In this document: positions 12,796 to 24,754 of the stretch, piece after piece
Numbering within the stretch: position 1 is the first letter of the stretch
Layout of the letters: every line of letters begins with the position of its first letter
Assembly: GCF_902459465.1 (NCBI RefSeq)
Contig: NC_047076.1
Coordinates: 8,060,001-8,124,000 of the forward strand
Length of the DNA: 64,000 bases
Source: Asterias rubens
Lineage: Eukaryota
Direction: 5' to 3'
Program-made: the position numbers and the translations under genes
Notes under the pieces: generated by a model
What the model saw: only the letters and a program-made list of their open reading frames with translations
Told to the model about the DNA's origin: nothing
Database searches by the model: none

Positions 12796-12945
12796 GGGTG
12801 CGTTCGTTTAGCTTCCCCGGGGCGACCCCGGTGTATGGCGTTTTTTTTTTCCAGGACGAACGTGTGCAGATAATTACCCACGTTCGTCCTGGAAAAAAAA
12901 ACACACACACCGGGGTCGACCCAGGGAAGCTAAACGAACGCACCC
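12796..12945. mobile_element. 150-nt near-perfect hairpin MITE
   Basis: GGGTGCGTTCGTTTAGCTTCCC / GGGAAGCTAAACGAACGCACCC, with inner arms TTCCAGGACGAACGTG / CACGTTCGTCCTGGAA. Confidence 0.88.
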
Positions 12946-15282
12946 ATTAGGGATATGTTGCAAGGCTCATATTTGTTGGGGGGAGGGGGGGGGGTACACA
13001 ATATCAAGACTTATAGCTCAGAATCTTTACTGGACCAGGTTTTTTTTACAAGACCAAAATCAAAATAAAAAGAGATCAGAATCAAAATGGGAACATGGTT
13101 TTGTCTTCAAACTGTTTCATTCGAACAACACACTAAGAGAAGATTTATTTTTTTTCTAGATTGATACTCAGCAGAATTGAAAGATATTTGTGAGACTCAA
13201 CCTACACATTTGAACATTGTTCTTTTGAGACCAAGATCTTGAATTGAAGAAAAATATTAAGGCCACTGGACCTGTCCTGTCTTGAACTTACCAGCCTGAC
13301 ACTGAAATCACTGGCCAGTGATTTCTGTGTAAAATTCAAGCCCTGTATTGGGATTAAATTTACACCAAACTTTCAGCGTCAAAAGTGGAGTTCCATTCAT
13401 ATGTTTTCCCTCACATACAAACGTGTCTAGTACTCCTACCAAAAGACCTGTGAACCGAAAGACCTAGGTACCGGCAAGCAATGTTTTGTCAAAAACTGTC
13501 ACAACTGTGAAATCAAACACTTGGTTCTCATTGAGCCTTTTGCCTTTACCTGGGCATTTTCAATTCACTGTTTATTTAAATGGGGGAGGTAGGATGGGAA
13601 GTTAACTTTAGACGCCCACTGCATGAGTTTATTAATGGTAAAATAGGAGACATTTCTAAGTACAGCTTTGCACAAAAGGTGAACCCACCCAACCCCCTCC
13701 AATAAAAATAAAATGGACGCACAAATCATGTTATCCTTTCAGTGGGCGACTACTACACCAAGCATTACAAAGTACAGCAAATTGTCACGTTCTCAATCTG
13801 ATCAATATCATCCGATCTTGAAGGCCAGCCATTGGCAGCGGTTGACTGACACATTATACTTGAAAATAGAATAGGATGCAGGCCTGTTGAGATTGAACAC
13901 AGTAGCCCCGTGGCCCTGGGTTTAGGGTGGTAGCCTAGTCATAACCTTGAGTCGGCTGTCTTACGGTTTATATACAGGTAATATGGCATGTTTCATATTA
14001 TTTTTAAACTTTGTTGTCTTACGTTAACCCCAATTTGCACTCCACAGAGAGGGCATGTGTACGTGCCTCTCTCATTGCCATGGTATTTACGCAAAAAATT
14101 GTATTCAAGGATAGGTCGATGATGAGGTACGCAACTTTTAATTAACATTAGCCAACAGATCATTTGCTGTTTCCTGTTTTTTTTAATTAAGCTAGGACAA
14201 TAGCGGTCAATCATGTTGCCCTTGCACTATACATTTCATAATATAATGTACAAGAAATGTCTTTAAAGTGGGGATTGATTTACGCGTGTACAGGTGAACA
14301 CAATAAACAATATTACAAATAAAACTGTTTGCTGATGAAGTCTATTTTTCTCTAAATAAATATATTTGTTGACATGTTTCTATTTCTTGAGAATTCTTCA
14401 TTTTTTATTTCCACCCAGTATACCTGATGTAAAATTTGTTTGATTCTAAATAAAAATTTCAAACCTTCACAGTACAGTAGGTTTGGTTCAAAATATTTTC
14501 AAATTAAGTTTCAATCAAAAAAATTATAATTTACAAATCAATTTAAACCCCAAAAAAACCATACGGTTATCCACTTTTATAATCGAAAAACGAAGCAAGC
14601 ACATCTTACACACTGAAACAAAAACCAGATGAATTGTTTTTCCCTAGAGCATTCTATATCACAAAGTGCCTAAACAATACAAACACTGTTTACCAATCCA
14701 CAAGTGGTGACTACACATCAGTTAAAAAAATCATAACTTTTTATAATGAATAACATATCAGCAGCCGTATACATACACCATTCATCTGAGTAAAAACTTT
14801 CATTTCCCCCCCCCCCCCCTGCGGCAAGCCGCATGCACCAGCAGTAATCTTTTTCTCCGGGGCTAGAAACCCAGCCAGATACAAGTCTATTAAGTCCCGC
14901 ACAATCTCCTTCTCCATCAGCCGGGTAATCCCCAGCACACAGGTAGACCAGCGACCCTGTGGGCACAGAGCCATATCCCCTTTAAGCCATTTTTAACCCC
15001 CACGAATGCGCACCTGAGGGGCTTTGGAAGAACACCCTGTCTGCCGTGCCCGCTGGGTCCCTCTGTGGCCATGGCCCTCATCCAAAGTCCAGGAACTAGT
15101 GACTCCGAACAGCTATTGACCGTGACCTTCCTGCTTGTTTCCAATATAGAGCCGACCCATCAGCCACCACTACCTCAACTTGCACTTCTCATCTTTGCTA
15201 TGGCTAACACCCCTTCAATAAACGTCACTCAGTGGCTACAATCACTCCCACCCCCAAGTACCGCCTATCAGTTCTGATGATG

Positions 15283-15306
15283 CACGTGTGCATAGGTCAA
15301 AGGTCC
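15283..15306 (+). promoter_or_regulatory. E-box plus DR1 nuclear-receptor element upstream of CYP gene B
   Basis: CACGTG at 15283-15288, then AGGTCA-A-AGGTCC at 15294-15306. TGATAA (GATA) near 15419. Confidence 0.45.
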
Positions 15307-15399
15307 TCTCCCACTTTTAACTTAAAAATGATTGAGTATTGGGTGAGAGCATCCACTTACAATAGTGCACCTTAATTGGGAAGCATAGTCTTTTGGTCC

Positions 15400-15501
15400 T
15401 CACTAAATCTATACCGCTGATAACGATATACTACGTCAAATTGCATCTGATCTACTATCAATAGTCAAAAGTGTGGGCTTCACTGACAAGGAATATTTTT
15501 G
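15400..15501 (+). other. Probable non-coding 5' UTR exon of CYP gene B (5' boundary approximate)
   Basis: Donor TTTG|GTAAGA at 15502. A strong acceptor (tctttttctctccccag, ending 15749) lies 30 nt before the ATG, so an upstream exon is required. Confidence 0.45.
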
Positions 15502-15779
15502 GTAAGAGAAATTTATCCGAGTCAATTACTAGATCAATTGATTTTTAATTTGTTTTTTTATGCTTCCAATAATCATAACAACTAAAATGTTATGCATTTT
15601 TGCATTTTGTTGGTGAAATTTTATAACAACATGCACAATGCTACTTCCAGTTATTTTTTTCACTCTCAAATGTTTTAATTTTTAAATTTATCTGATTTTT
15701 ATTAATACAGTTGTCTAATATTGTTTGTGCATTCTTTTTCTCTCCCCAGGTTTTTATTTCAACCAGCCAAACATTCAAG

Positions 15780-16677
15780 ATGCTTGTTACGTTGCTCGTT
15801 TATACCGCCACTGCAGTCGTGTTATCTTTCCTCATTTACTTCATCTATGAAGAGTATGGTTTCAGAGTGCTGAATCTCCCGCCAGGCCCTCGATCTCTGC
15901 CCCTCCTGGGGAACGTCCTTCAGATCAACCCAAAATGGCTTCATCTGTCCCTATCACAACTTGCTGAGAAATACGGCCATGTGTTCAGCGTTAAGTTTGG
16001 CAAGGATCGGGTGGTTATACTCAATAGGGCCGAGACGGTGAAATCAGCTTACAGCGGTGAAGCCATCACCAGCAGACCCAAGATATTCTCCATCGACTTC
16101 TTTTTGAGTAAGGGCTTTATGGCCTGCACCGATCGGCAAGACTTTAAGGTACATACTAAAGTGATGAAGCATGCATTCAGAGTGATCAGCAATTCAAGTT
16201 TAGGCTTGAAGCTGGCTAGAGAAGCTGAGAGCCTCATCCAGACATTTGATGCGTATGGAGCACTCCCGTTTGACCCAAGAGACGACACCAATCTCGCCTC
16301 TCTGAATGTCCTCTACAACATCGCCTTCGGGAAACGATACCAGAAGGGGGACTCTGAGCTACAGGAGATCTTCAACTACTCCCACGACATCATGAAAGCT
16401 GTCTCCCCTGTACATCCCATCAACCTCATCCCCTGGTTACAGAGTATTCCAAACCCCTGGATTGATCATCTCCAAAGCGCCAAGGATAAACGTGACAATC
16501 ATTTGTTGAGTTTGTATCAGCAGCACATTGATACATACGAGGAAGGGACCATACGTGACATGGTTGATGCTCTTATCCGTGTGGCTAAGAAAGCAGAAAG
16601 AGAAGGGGATAGACATGTATTGGATCTGCTCTCACCGGAACACATCACCACAAACATCTGGACAATTTTCTTCGCAG
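15780..16677 (+). CDS. Cytochrome P450 (clan 2, CYP1/CYP17-like) gene B, first coding exon (898 nt)
   Basis: ATG at 15780. N-terminal membrane anchor MLVTLLVYTATAVVLSFLIYFI, proline hinge LPPGPRSLPLLGN, I-helix start WTIFFA, then phase-1 donor G|GTACGT. Confidence 0.95.
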
Positions 16678-17131
16678 GTACGTCTTAAGATATTTGATAG
16701 GTAGTTGCATTAAGCCAATGAATAGAAACAATGTTGTAATTTTGAATATATTTCTTTAGAAGTAATTTCTTCAGGGAAAAGCGATTAGATGTTTAGAGCT
16801 TTAAAGTAATGGGAAAAACTTCAGCAACCCTTTTCCTTTTTGTTGTTTGAAATGTGGAACATGATTAAGCATGGCTGGATTAAAAAAAATTGTTTCACGT
16901 AAAGTGTTAAGTTAGAGAGAAAGTTTTTGATTTTCCAAACTAAACATCTCTTTTAAAAGTTTATTTCTTTAACACAAAAAGTGTTTCAGAAAATTATACT
17001 GGTTGATGTATAAATGTACAGTCCATTGAAGGTAATTTTGTAGCTGCACAAAATACAACCATTTTAAATTGATTAACAACACAATTATTTTACAAATAAT
17101 TTTAAGATTGATTTATTCTAAATATTTTCAG

Positions 17132-17284
17132 GTACTGACACAGTATTGAATGCTCTATTGTGGGTATTCCTCTATATGGCAGCATTTCCACACATCCAGC
17201 ACCGAATACAGTCCCAACTTGATGACACAATTGGCCACGAAAGAATGCCCTCACTCGATGATGAACAAACACTGCCACTTCTCA
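17132..17284 (+). CDS. Cytochrome P450 gene B, coding exon 2 (I/J helices)
   Basis: Acceptor tattttcag. Completes AG|TDT and reads TDTVLNALLWVFLYMAAFPHIQHRIQSQLDDTIGHERMPSLDDEQTLPLL. Donor A|GTAAGT at 17285. Confidence 0.94.
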
Positions 17285-18356
17285 GTAAGTACCAATTAAA
17301 TATCACAGTAGCCATGACGGGGCAATTGAAATAAGGGCATGGTGCCCCCGTTTTCAGGGCGTACAAGGTGTTTTATACATTCCTCAAATTTACATAACAA
17401 AATGTACATGTACCTATAACAAAATGTACCTGTCACAAATCTGTACTTTATGCGGACTTGATTTTTTTTTTTTTACGGGTAAGGGCACCAAGGCATGTTC
17501 TCATTTGGTGTTTTTTTGTTTTTACGGGTAAGGGCACGAGGCATGTTCTCATTTGTAAAGGAAACATCTATAATGAGGAGATTATAAATTCCTACTGGAA
17601 GATTTCAAAGAGCACCAAGGCAATGCACAGGGACAACATAGGCAAAAGCCTCAAGTGGAGTATCATGGATTAGCAACTGAATTCAGTTTCTTGTACTATG
17701 TTTGATCCTTTTTAAATTTCTTTGAAAACAACTGCACTTGTTTTGGTCCACTTGATTTTAATTTTTAAGATCTCAAATTAACCCAGGCACAAACAGCAAT
17801 GGCTGTGGGTGCCTTTCTATTTTTTCAAATAGAATTTTACATTTTCTCTCTAAAAAGTAAGGTTGACTGGGATAATTTCTGTGCCATTTAAAGAATGAAG
17901 TTAAAGGCATGAAAATGAAAGAACTGAACTGCAGCCACTGAGTTATTCAATATTTTGGTATCCGTGGGCAATGCAAACTTTTTTTCTTTTTTTAACTCTA
18001 AAAATGTGCATTACTTTTATTTTATCTAATCTCACATCTACATGTAATCTCATGTGAGAGTGAGTATGGTATTGTACTGTATAAAAAACCAATAACAAAC
18101 AATCAAGGCTGGGTTATGTTTTCCAATGCATAAGATTGTTATCTTCCTTTCTTCATTCAGGAGAAAAACAAGCAATGGAATGCGAATTCTGTCTTCTTCT
18201 ACAGAAACTTTGTAAAACTTTCAACCAAAAGTGTTTTACACAAAATTCTGGAAAGATAAACAACCATATAGGCAATCATTTTACAGAATTAAAGGAGCTT
18301 TTATTTGAAATGGCATTTATTTTTTTATATTTTTTTTTCCTTTGCTTTTACTTCAG

Positions 18357-18461
18357 GTGCAACCATCTATGAAACACTCCGGTATAGTTCGTTATCCCTT
18401 CTGGGTGTTCCACACGCAGCCGTGAAAGACACAGAAATAGATGGATTCTGCATTCCCAAAG
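18357..18461 (+). CDS. Cytochrome P450 gene B, coding exon 3 (K helix)
   Basis: Acceptor tttgcttttacttcag. Reads (S)ATIYETLRYSSLSLLGVPHAAVKDTEIDGFCIPK with ExxR. Donor G|GTAAAT. Confidence 0.94.
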
Positions 18462-18607
18462 GTAAATATTGGATTTAAATATATTCTATTTATTACTTCT
18501 GGTGCTAAAACATAGGATTTAAACTGCCTCTAGCCACTTGACCAGTTCGGTGTTCTAGTGCTCTAGCACTGCAAAGATTATGGGTTCCAATCCCCCAGAA
18601 CTTGAGA

Positions 18608-18892
18608 AAATACTGAGTATAAATGGTGCCTAGTACACATTGATGTACAAATGTACAAGGGTTAAAAAAAAAAAAAAATTGTAATTCTGGCTGAAGCTTA
18701 GGATTCTCAATTCTCAGAAGAGTGAACAAAGTCAGTATCAATATACAAGCAAATACTGAGTATAAACTTTGCCTAGTACACATTGATGTACAAATGTACA
18801 AGGGTTAAAAAAAAAAAAAAATTGTAATTCTGGCTGAAGCTTAGGATTCTCAATTCTCAGAAGAGTGAACAAAGTCAGTATCAATATACAAG
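18608..18892. repeat. 142-bp near-perfect direct duplication in the last CYP B intron
   Basis: gcctagtacacattgatgtacaaatg...aatatacaagc at 18628 and again at 18770. Confidence 0.9.
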
Positions 18893-19713
18893 CCAAGAAC
18901 CCATGGAGAGAAGTTTCAGTTTCAGATGTGGGAGGAAAACCTCAGAAAATCATTCCGCGAAAAACCTCTGCAATCAGGTAGGGACTGAACTGAAAAACCC
19001 AATCCATTTAGTTCCCCCAGCATGAATCGAACCGGGGTCCTAAAGGTGGACAGCCAGAAAAGACACCACTATGCCAACCCGACAAGACAGACAATAGAGC
19101 TGCGTGGGAAGTGATTGCTTAAATATGAAATAATTTCTTTGCAATTCTGTCTACAAAACTGTGAAGAAAACATAAACCAAGCAGACTGCAATGTTGGTCT
19201 TTTAAAGAGGATTGTATTTCATTTCCTGCACTCCAGATATTAAGGAGGTTGATGTTTGATTTGTAAGCACCAAGTTTATTACATTTTAATCTTGAGCAGA
19301 GCACATTGTATTGGCACTAAAGTACTGAGACCAACTCCATGAAGCTGTTATTAGGTTTAAAGCATTCAAATATCTTCCCGAGCAAAAATAGGACACCAGC
19401 TCAAACACTTGAATCAATGCGCATTGCCTCAGGTGACTAATACAACATATTGTTTTAAAACGGTATGAGTTGTGATCTGCATTTTGCATACTGTCTACTC
19501 CTACTTTTTGTTTTACACACCACACAAAACAATGTGTCTATACTCTAAGCTGAGAAATCTAATTGATGCTAACTACAATGAATGTATGACTCTTGTTTCC
19601 CCCCCCCCCCATCCTCCTTTTGACCTTCTCAGGGGGGGGGGTCAAATGCTCCCGTTTTGAATCAAAAAAATGGTGTAGAAAATCTGAGCATTGTTCCTCT
19701 TTCTTAATTACAG

Positions 19714-20054
19714 GCACACAGGTAATGGCCAACTTTTGGGCAATTAACCATGACGAGAAGGTCTGGCATAAACCCTACGAGTTCGACCCCGACCGATTCC
19801 TGGATGAGGATGGCAAGCTCCGCAGTCTGAAAGACTTCCCTTACTTCATGCCTTTCTCAACTGGGCAGAGGGCCTGCCTCGGCAAGAACATCGGGAAGTC
19901 TGAAGTGTTTGTGCTAAGCGCATGTCTCCTGCAGAGATTTACTCTTGAGTTACCGGCTGAGACTGAGGGAGACTTGGAGCCTAATATTCACTTTGACCTG
20001 GTGCCAAAACCTTACAAGATTATTGCAAAACCAAGGAACCCATCAGAACAATGA
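19714..20054 (+). CDS. Cytochrome P450 gene B, terminal exon
   Basis: Acceptor ttcttaattacag. Reads (G)TQVMANFWAINHD...FDPDRFLD...FSTGQRACLG...PRNPSEQ*. The four exons total 1497 nt, giving an open 498-aa P450. Confidence 0.95.
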
Positions 20055-20894
20055 CTCTCATGCAAATGTTCAGATTTTTAACGCACACAATTTTTTGCAT
20101 TTTTCAATTAAGAATGTACATATGTGAAAAACTTTAAAGACACAAGCTGGATACAGTTTTTAAATGACAAATATATGTGTACCTAAATATGTATTCGTCT
20201 CCGTACCCTTTAATTTTCCGAAAGAGTTGAATATGGTCTGTAAGTTTACTTATCGTACATCTGTTCTAAATAACCATTTTACGTATCAATGCCAGTCTAC
20301 GCAATGAATTCTGTTGCACGCCTGAAAATAGCGAATTTGAAATAGTAACAAAAACACCAATTGTACAGACAAGTTGTAGCATTGCCCTCTGTTGACTGTA
20401 TTTACTGGTTGAAAAACAAATGAATGACAGAAAGACTCTTTTTTTCAGTAACTTATGGAGTAAAGGAGTTTCATTCGCCTTGCAGTGTACATTTGCAATT
20501 TATCAAACTAAATAATAGTTTTATTGCAATTGCTGTTTTTTACATGGTTGGGTTGGAAAAACAACTGACAAAGGCCCAATTGTATAAAGTGTTTTAGCTG
20601 AAAGCGGTCTTTATGGCAATTTTTATTCGACAGGAGGGAATTAGCAGGGAACCTGTCACAAACATTATATGAACTATGGTAATTTGGCTGGTAAACTGTT
20701 TCCACCATACAAGATTTTTCAGAGCTAAGCATTTTTGATGAGTTGGGCAATAGCCCTCATTCTTGATGGCAGTCATAAAAGTGGGCTTCACCCAGACATG
20801 GCTATGGCTTTGCATTGTGACTTTTCGAGCCTTAACTGATTTGTAGATTACTCATGTAAATTTCTGCTTTTCGAATACCAGTCAAATGGGCTAT

Positions 20895-21260
20895 GGCACT
20901 GGACACTATTGGTAATTACTCAAAATAATTATTATCATAAACCTTACTTGGTTACGGGTAATGGGGAGAGGTTGATAGTATAAAACATTGTGAGAAACGG
21001 CCCCCGCTGAAGTAATGTAGTTTTGGAGAAAGAAGTAATTTTCAACGAATTTGATTTCGAGACCTCAGAATTTAGAATTTGAGGTCTCGAAACCAAGCAT
21101 CTAAAAGCACACAACTTCGTATGACTAGGGTGTTTTTTTCTTTCATTATTATCTCGCAACTTCGAGCTTAAATTTTCACAGGTTTGTTACTTTATGCATA
21201 TGTTGAGATACACCGATAGTAAAGACTAGTCTTAGACAATTACGAATAGTGTCCACTGTC
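20895..21260 (-). mobile_element. MITE family K1 copy in CYP B 3' region
   Basis: K1 TIRs and internal sequence, directly followed by a hairpin MITE remnant (21262-21350). Confidence 0.8.
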
Positions 21261-24200
21261 TCGATTTCACAAAGAACTTAGGACTAGTCCTAAGTTAGGG
21301 TGAGTAACTCGTGGTACTACTAGTCTCAACTCTTTGTAAATCCACCCCAAGACCTTTACATACATGTACGGCTGATCAAAGTGTCCATTTGAATACCAAT
21401 CAACATTATCAGTGTGTTTGTTTTGCAGTACTACACTATGTGTGAGATTTTGTTAGTTTATTCTTTATCAACGTCTTTTTTATAAAAGAAAATAAGTAAA
21501 GCATTTTTATTGAGTAGTGTGCATGTTCAGTGTATACATAAAAATTACAATTTTTGTTTGTAACCTTGTGAGAGCTTTTACTACGCATGAAGTGTGTACG
21601 TGTTACACTATGCATACAGTAACTCTTGGATTTTTGTAAAAACAGATTTTTTAATTGAACTCGATATTAGCTACATATTACCCCCTAGATCTTGTTAATG
21701 AATTATTGATTTGCATATTTTTAATGATTCAGAAGAGGGAAAAGTCTAACTTTATTTTGTTATGTCAAAATAATCTCAAAGGTAGTGTTCCTAGTTAGAA
21801 AAAATACTGTATATTTTTATGGACTTGTAAATATCTCTTATTTGTAAATGTTGCTGAAGAGTGTCCTTGTCAAAAAGTATGATAGTAACTTTGGAACAGT
21901 GTAAACATGTGTAAACAAGGTAGATTTTCTTATTTACCATTCCCTATGCAAGTATTATCGATGGATACACACAAATAAATATGTATCATTATGTATTTTA
22001 AAGTTTTGTTAAATTGTTCATGTAGGGATATGCCGCAAACTAACAATATTTATAATGCCTTGTTTACAATATAGAAATTTATAATGAAAGAAAAATAAAT
22101 AAATTATACAGCTGCTCAAACTGAAAATTGTGGTAAATTCTAGTGTTTATTTTTTGGACAATGATTTTGATTGAAGCTGCGTGCTATCTTCCCCTCTGAC
22201 ATAAATCCAGGCCTTAAATTTGGCACGACAGGCAATGCCATTTGCTTTCTAAACAAACACCTAGGGACGATTTTTGAGACAGACTGCTTTCCAAAAAGAC
22301 GTAGTTTTAAAAGGAAAGGGCAATCTTCTGAAACTCACTTCAAATACTACCAGATCATTGTTTTTTTTGCAAGAAATATTTGTTCACAAATACAAGTAGC
22401 TACCCTGAAAATGTCTGACACATAAACAACGGCAAAGACAGTACTACATGTATAACAAAACATTGTACATATTGAACCCTTACGAATGTGCAACGCACCT
22501 CCAAAATTTCTACTAATTCTGGCATCATTTGAGGTGTCAATTCACTTGTGTACATTTTGCCTCCTAAAATGGGGGACTGAATAGGTGGGAGCAATAAACG
22601 CACTGTGCGTTGTGCATGGGGTCAATAGTTGGTGCTGTAAACGTTTATAAGTCATTGTTTATCAACCTTTCAAATGGTTCACAACATAAGTGAAGCATAC
22701 ATAAAGTATATCTGGACATAATAAATAACATGTACAATTATAAGCTTGACAATTGGCAAAAAGTTGTGCTGCAGAAGTAAGAAGTCATCTATTTTTGTAT
22801 ACAAGTAAACAAAATTAAAAATCAGCACAAAAGCGTCAAACACAATCCCAACAATAATTTTTCCTACATTACAGTGCCTTCAAATTTGAGCACCAAACAA
22901 AACCCAAGCAATTCACATACACGCCTCAACATTTTCAGTCTTTGGTTAGCGGTTTGCATTAAAGCAGCATACAGATACAATGTACTTATGTATCAGCAAA
23001 ATTTGCAAACAAAATAATTGACAAGTCTGTGATGTGGCCTGACTTTGCTTTAAATGCACGTGCAATGTTTTCTTTATGTGTAATTTAAAAGCAAAAACAC
23101 AAGAAATAAGAAAAAGAAAAGGAGGAGTCAAGACCATCAGCAACCAGTACCATTTCATGCTTGCAATTTTGGGTCATAAACATTGCAAAATCTTATTTAA
23201 GGTTTACAGTAGTCTATTTTTTTTATCAAGACCCTCTGATAATCTTTGATAAATTTTCTGTTTTTCTGATGTTCAAACCACAATTTATTTATTTAAACTT
23301 TTAAAAATGAATCTGCAGAATAAAATTTTACTGAAGTAAACATTTTCTTTTTGCAATGTTCATGGTACCATAGACAAATTCCATAATTTCCAGAGCTTGT
23401 TTGAGCAATGTCTTGAACCAAAAGGTATCTGTATCAAGACACTTGATAGGTATCATGGAAGAGCCTTTGTTTATTTTTCCATCAGTGGTTTTTTTAGAGC
23501 CCATTTTTATCAAGAAAATAACAGACAACTGTTTGACTGTGACAGGTGAGGCACAATTGTTCGATAAACAGACTGATCAGCAAAGTTTTTGGTTGTTCTA
23601 TACAAAAGATGCCACACATTTTGACAGAAAATATATTCATAAGAATGGAAAGTTATGGAGATTGTCATCAAAAGCAGATGCATAGGAGGTACATTCAAAG
23701 CGGTTTTGAGGGGTACCTGCTTTGAAGAAGAGGATGATGAGGATGTAGATCCTGAAGAAGAGGGAGAATGTGATGTGGTAGGACCAGTGGTGGACACTTT
23801 AGAAGAGTCAGGCTTTCAAGAGAGTGAGTATGAGATTTCAAGAGAGAGTAAGATGAAGAAAACCATAAGTCAGGTGTCTGTTGTTGACATTCATTTAGAG
23901 GTACATAGTACACACTGCTTTAGCTGTGATCGAGTTATGATTATTTAAACTAATATTGCTTTTAAGTAAGAAATGACTCACTTCTGCTGTATGTTTTAAC
24001 AACTGGGTTAAGGTCTAGGGCCTACTCATTTTGTGATGAACAATTCACACCCAAAAAAATTATTGCAACTTTGCCAGTCCACCTGTTATGGACTTGCTTT
24101 TGTTTGAGTGAAAATTGTATTTGTCTGAACTTCAAAGTAGACAGACATATCCCGCAGTGTGTACTTGTTAAAAATGCTATGCCAAACAGTTCCCTTACAA

Positions 24201-24754
24201 ATTAAAATTAATCATCTTGATTGATCTTTGTTACAGACAGTTTGAGTTTTTAAATACAAATTTTATTATAATTAAAATATATATACAACTATATACAACT
24301 AAAAAAGTAGTTATGCTAGGAAGAAATGAAATGAAAACAAACAAACAAATAAACAAACAAACAAACATCAAAAATCAAATTGAAATGGTGTTCAAAAATG
24401 AATGTAAAATATTTTAAAATCACAATGAATGAGTATGTTAATTAATTGCCCTACTTAATGTAGGAATTTGGGACAGAATAGATAACATCATCACAATCAA
24501 AATATTATCGTATAGGACGCATGATTACAGCTATAAACAAAATTTCACTAAACTGGTTCAACACAAAGTATATGGACGCACGAAATGTCGTTTCTTATGT
24601 TTCCCTTTGTTTTGCACTAACGCTAATGATGTGTGTATGGCAGCTCCGACTTTGTGTAAATCGCGTCCAAACAAACACGTTTATTGTCTAATGTAAACCA
24701 CTCTACGGTTTAAAATGTACCAAATATTGAAGATGTATATGTCTTGATACTTAC

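Noticed and set aside
14870-14905. IDLYLAG resembling a P450 I-helix
   Set aside because: It is on the opposite strand to the CYPs, lacks the following (E/D)T, and has no other P450 motifs nearby.
15711-15779. N-terminal extension MSNIVCAFFFSPQ of the 325-aa ORF
   Set aside because: It begins at a TTG inside the intron's polypyrimidine tract. The true start is the ATG at 15780.
19593-19713. Upstream part of ORF 19593-20054
   Set aside because: This is intronic read-through. P450 homology starts at the acceptor at 19713.
23328-23528. Minus-strand ORF ...DTDTFWFKTLLKQALEIMEF...
   Set aside because: No acceptor or true start was found and I recognise no homology. It is more likely 3' UTR of the candidate minus-strand gene.
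23655-23948. Plus-strand acidic ORF (FEEEDDEDVDPEEEGE)
   Set aside because: It has no splice context or promoter. The acidic run is explained as the reverse complement of the TCA/TCC/TCT-rich minus-strand exon candidate.
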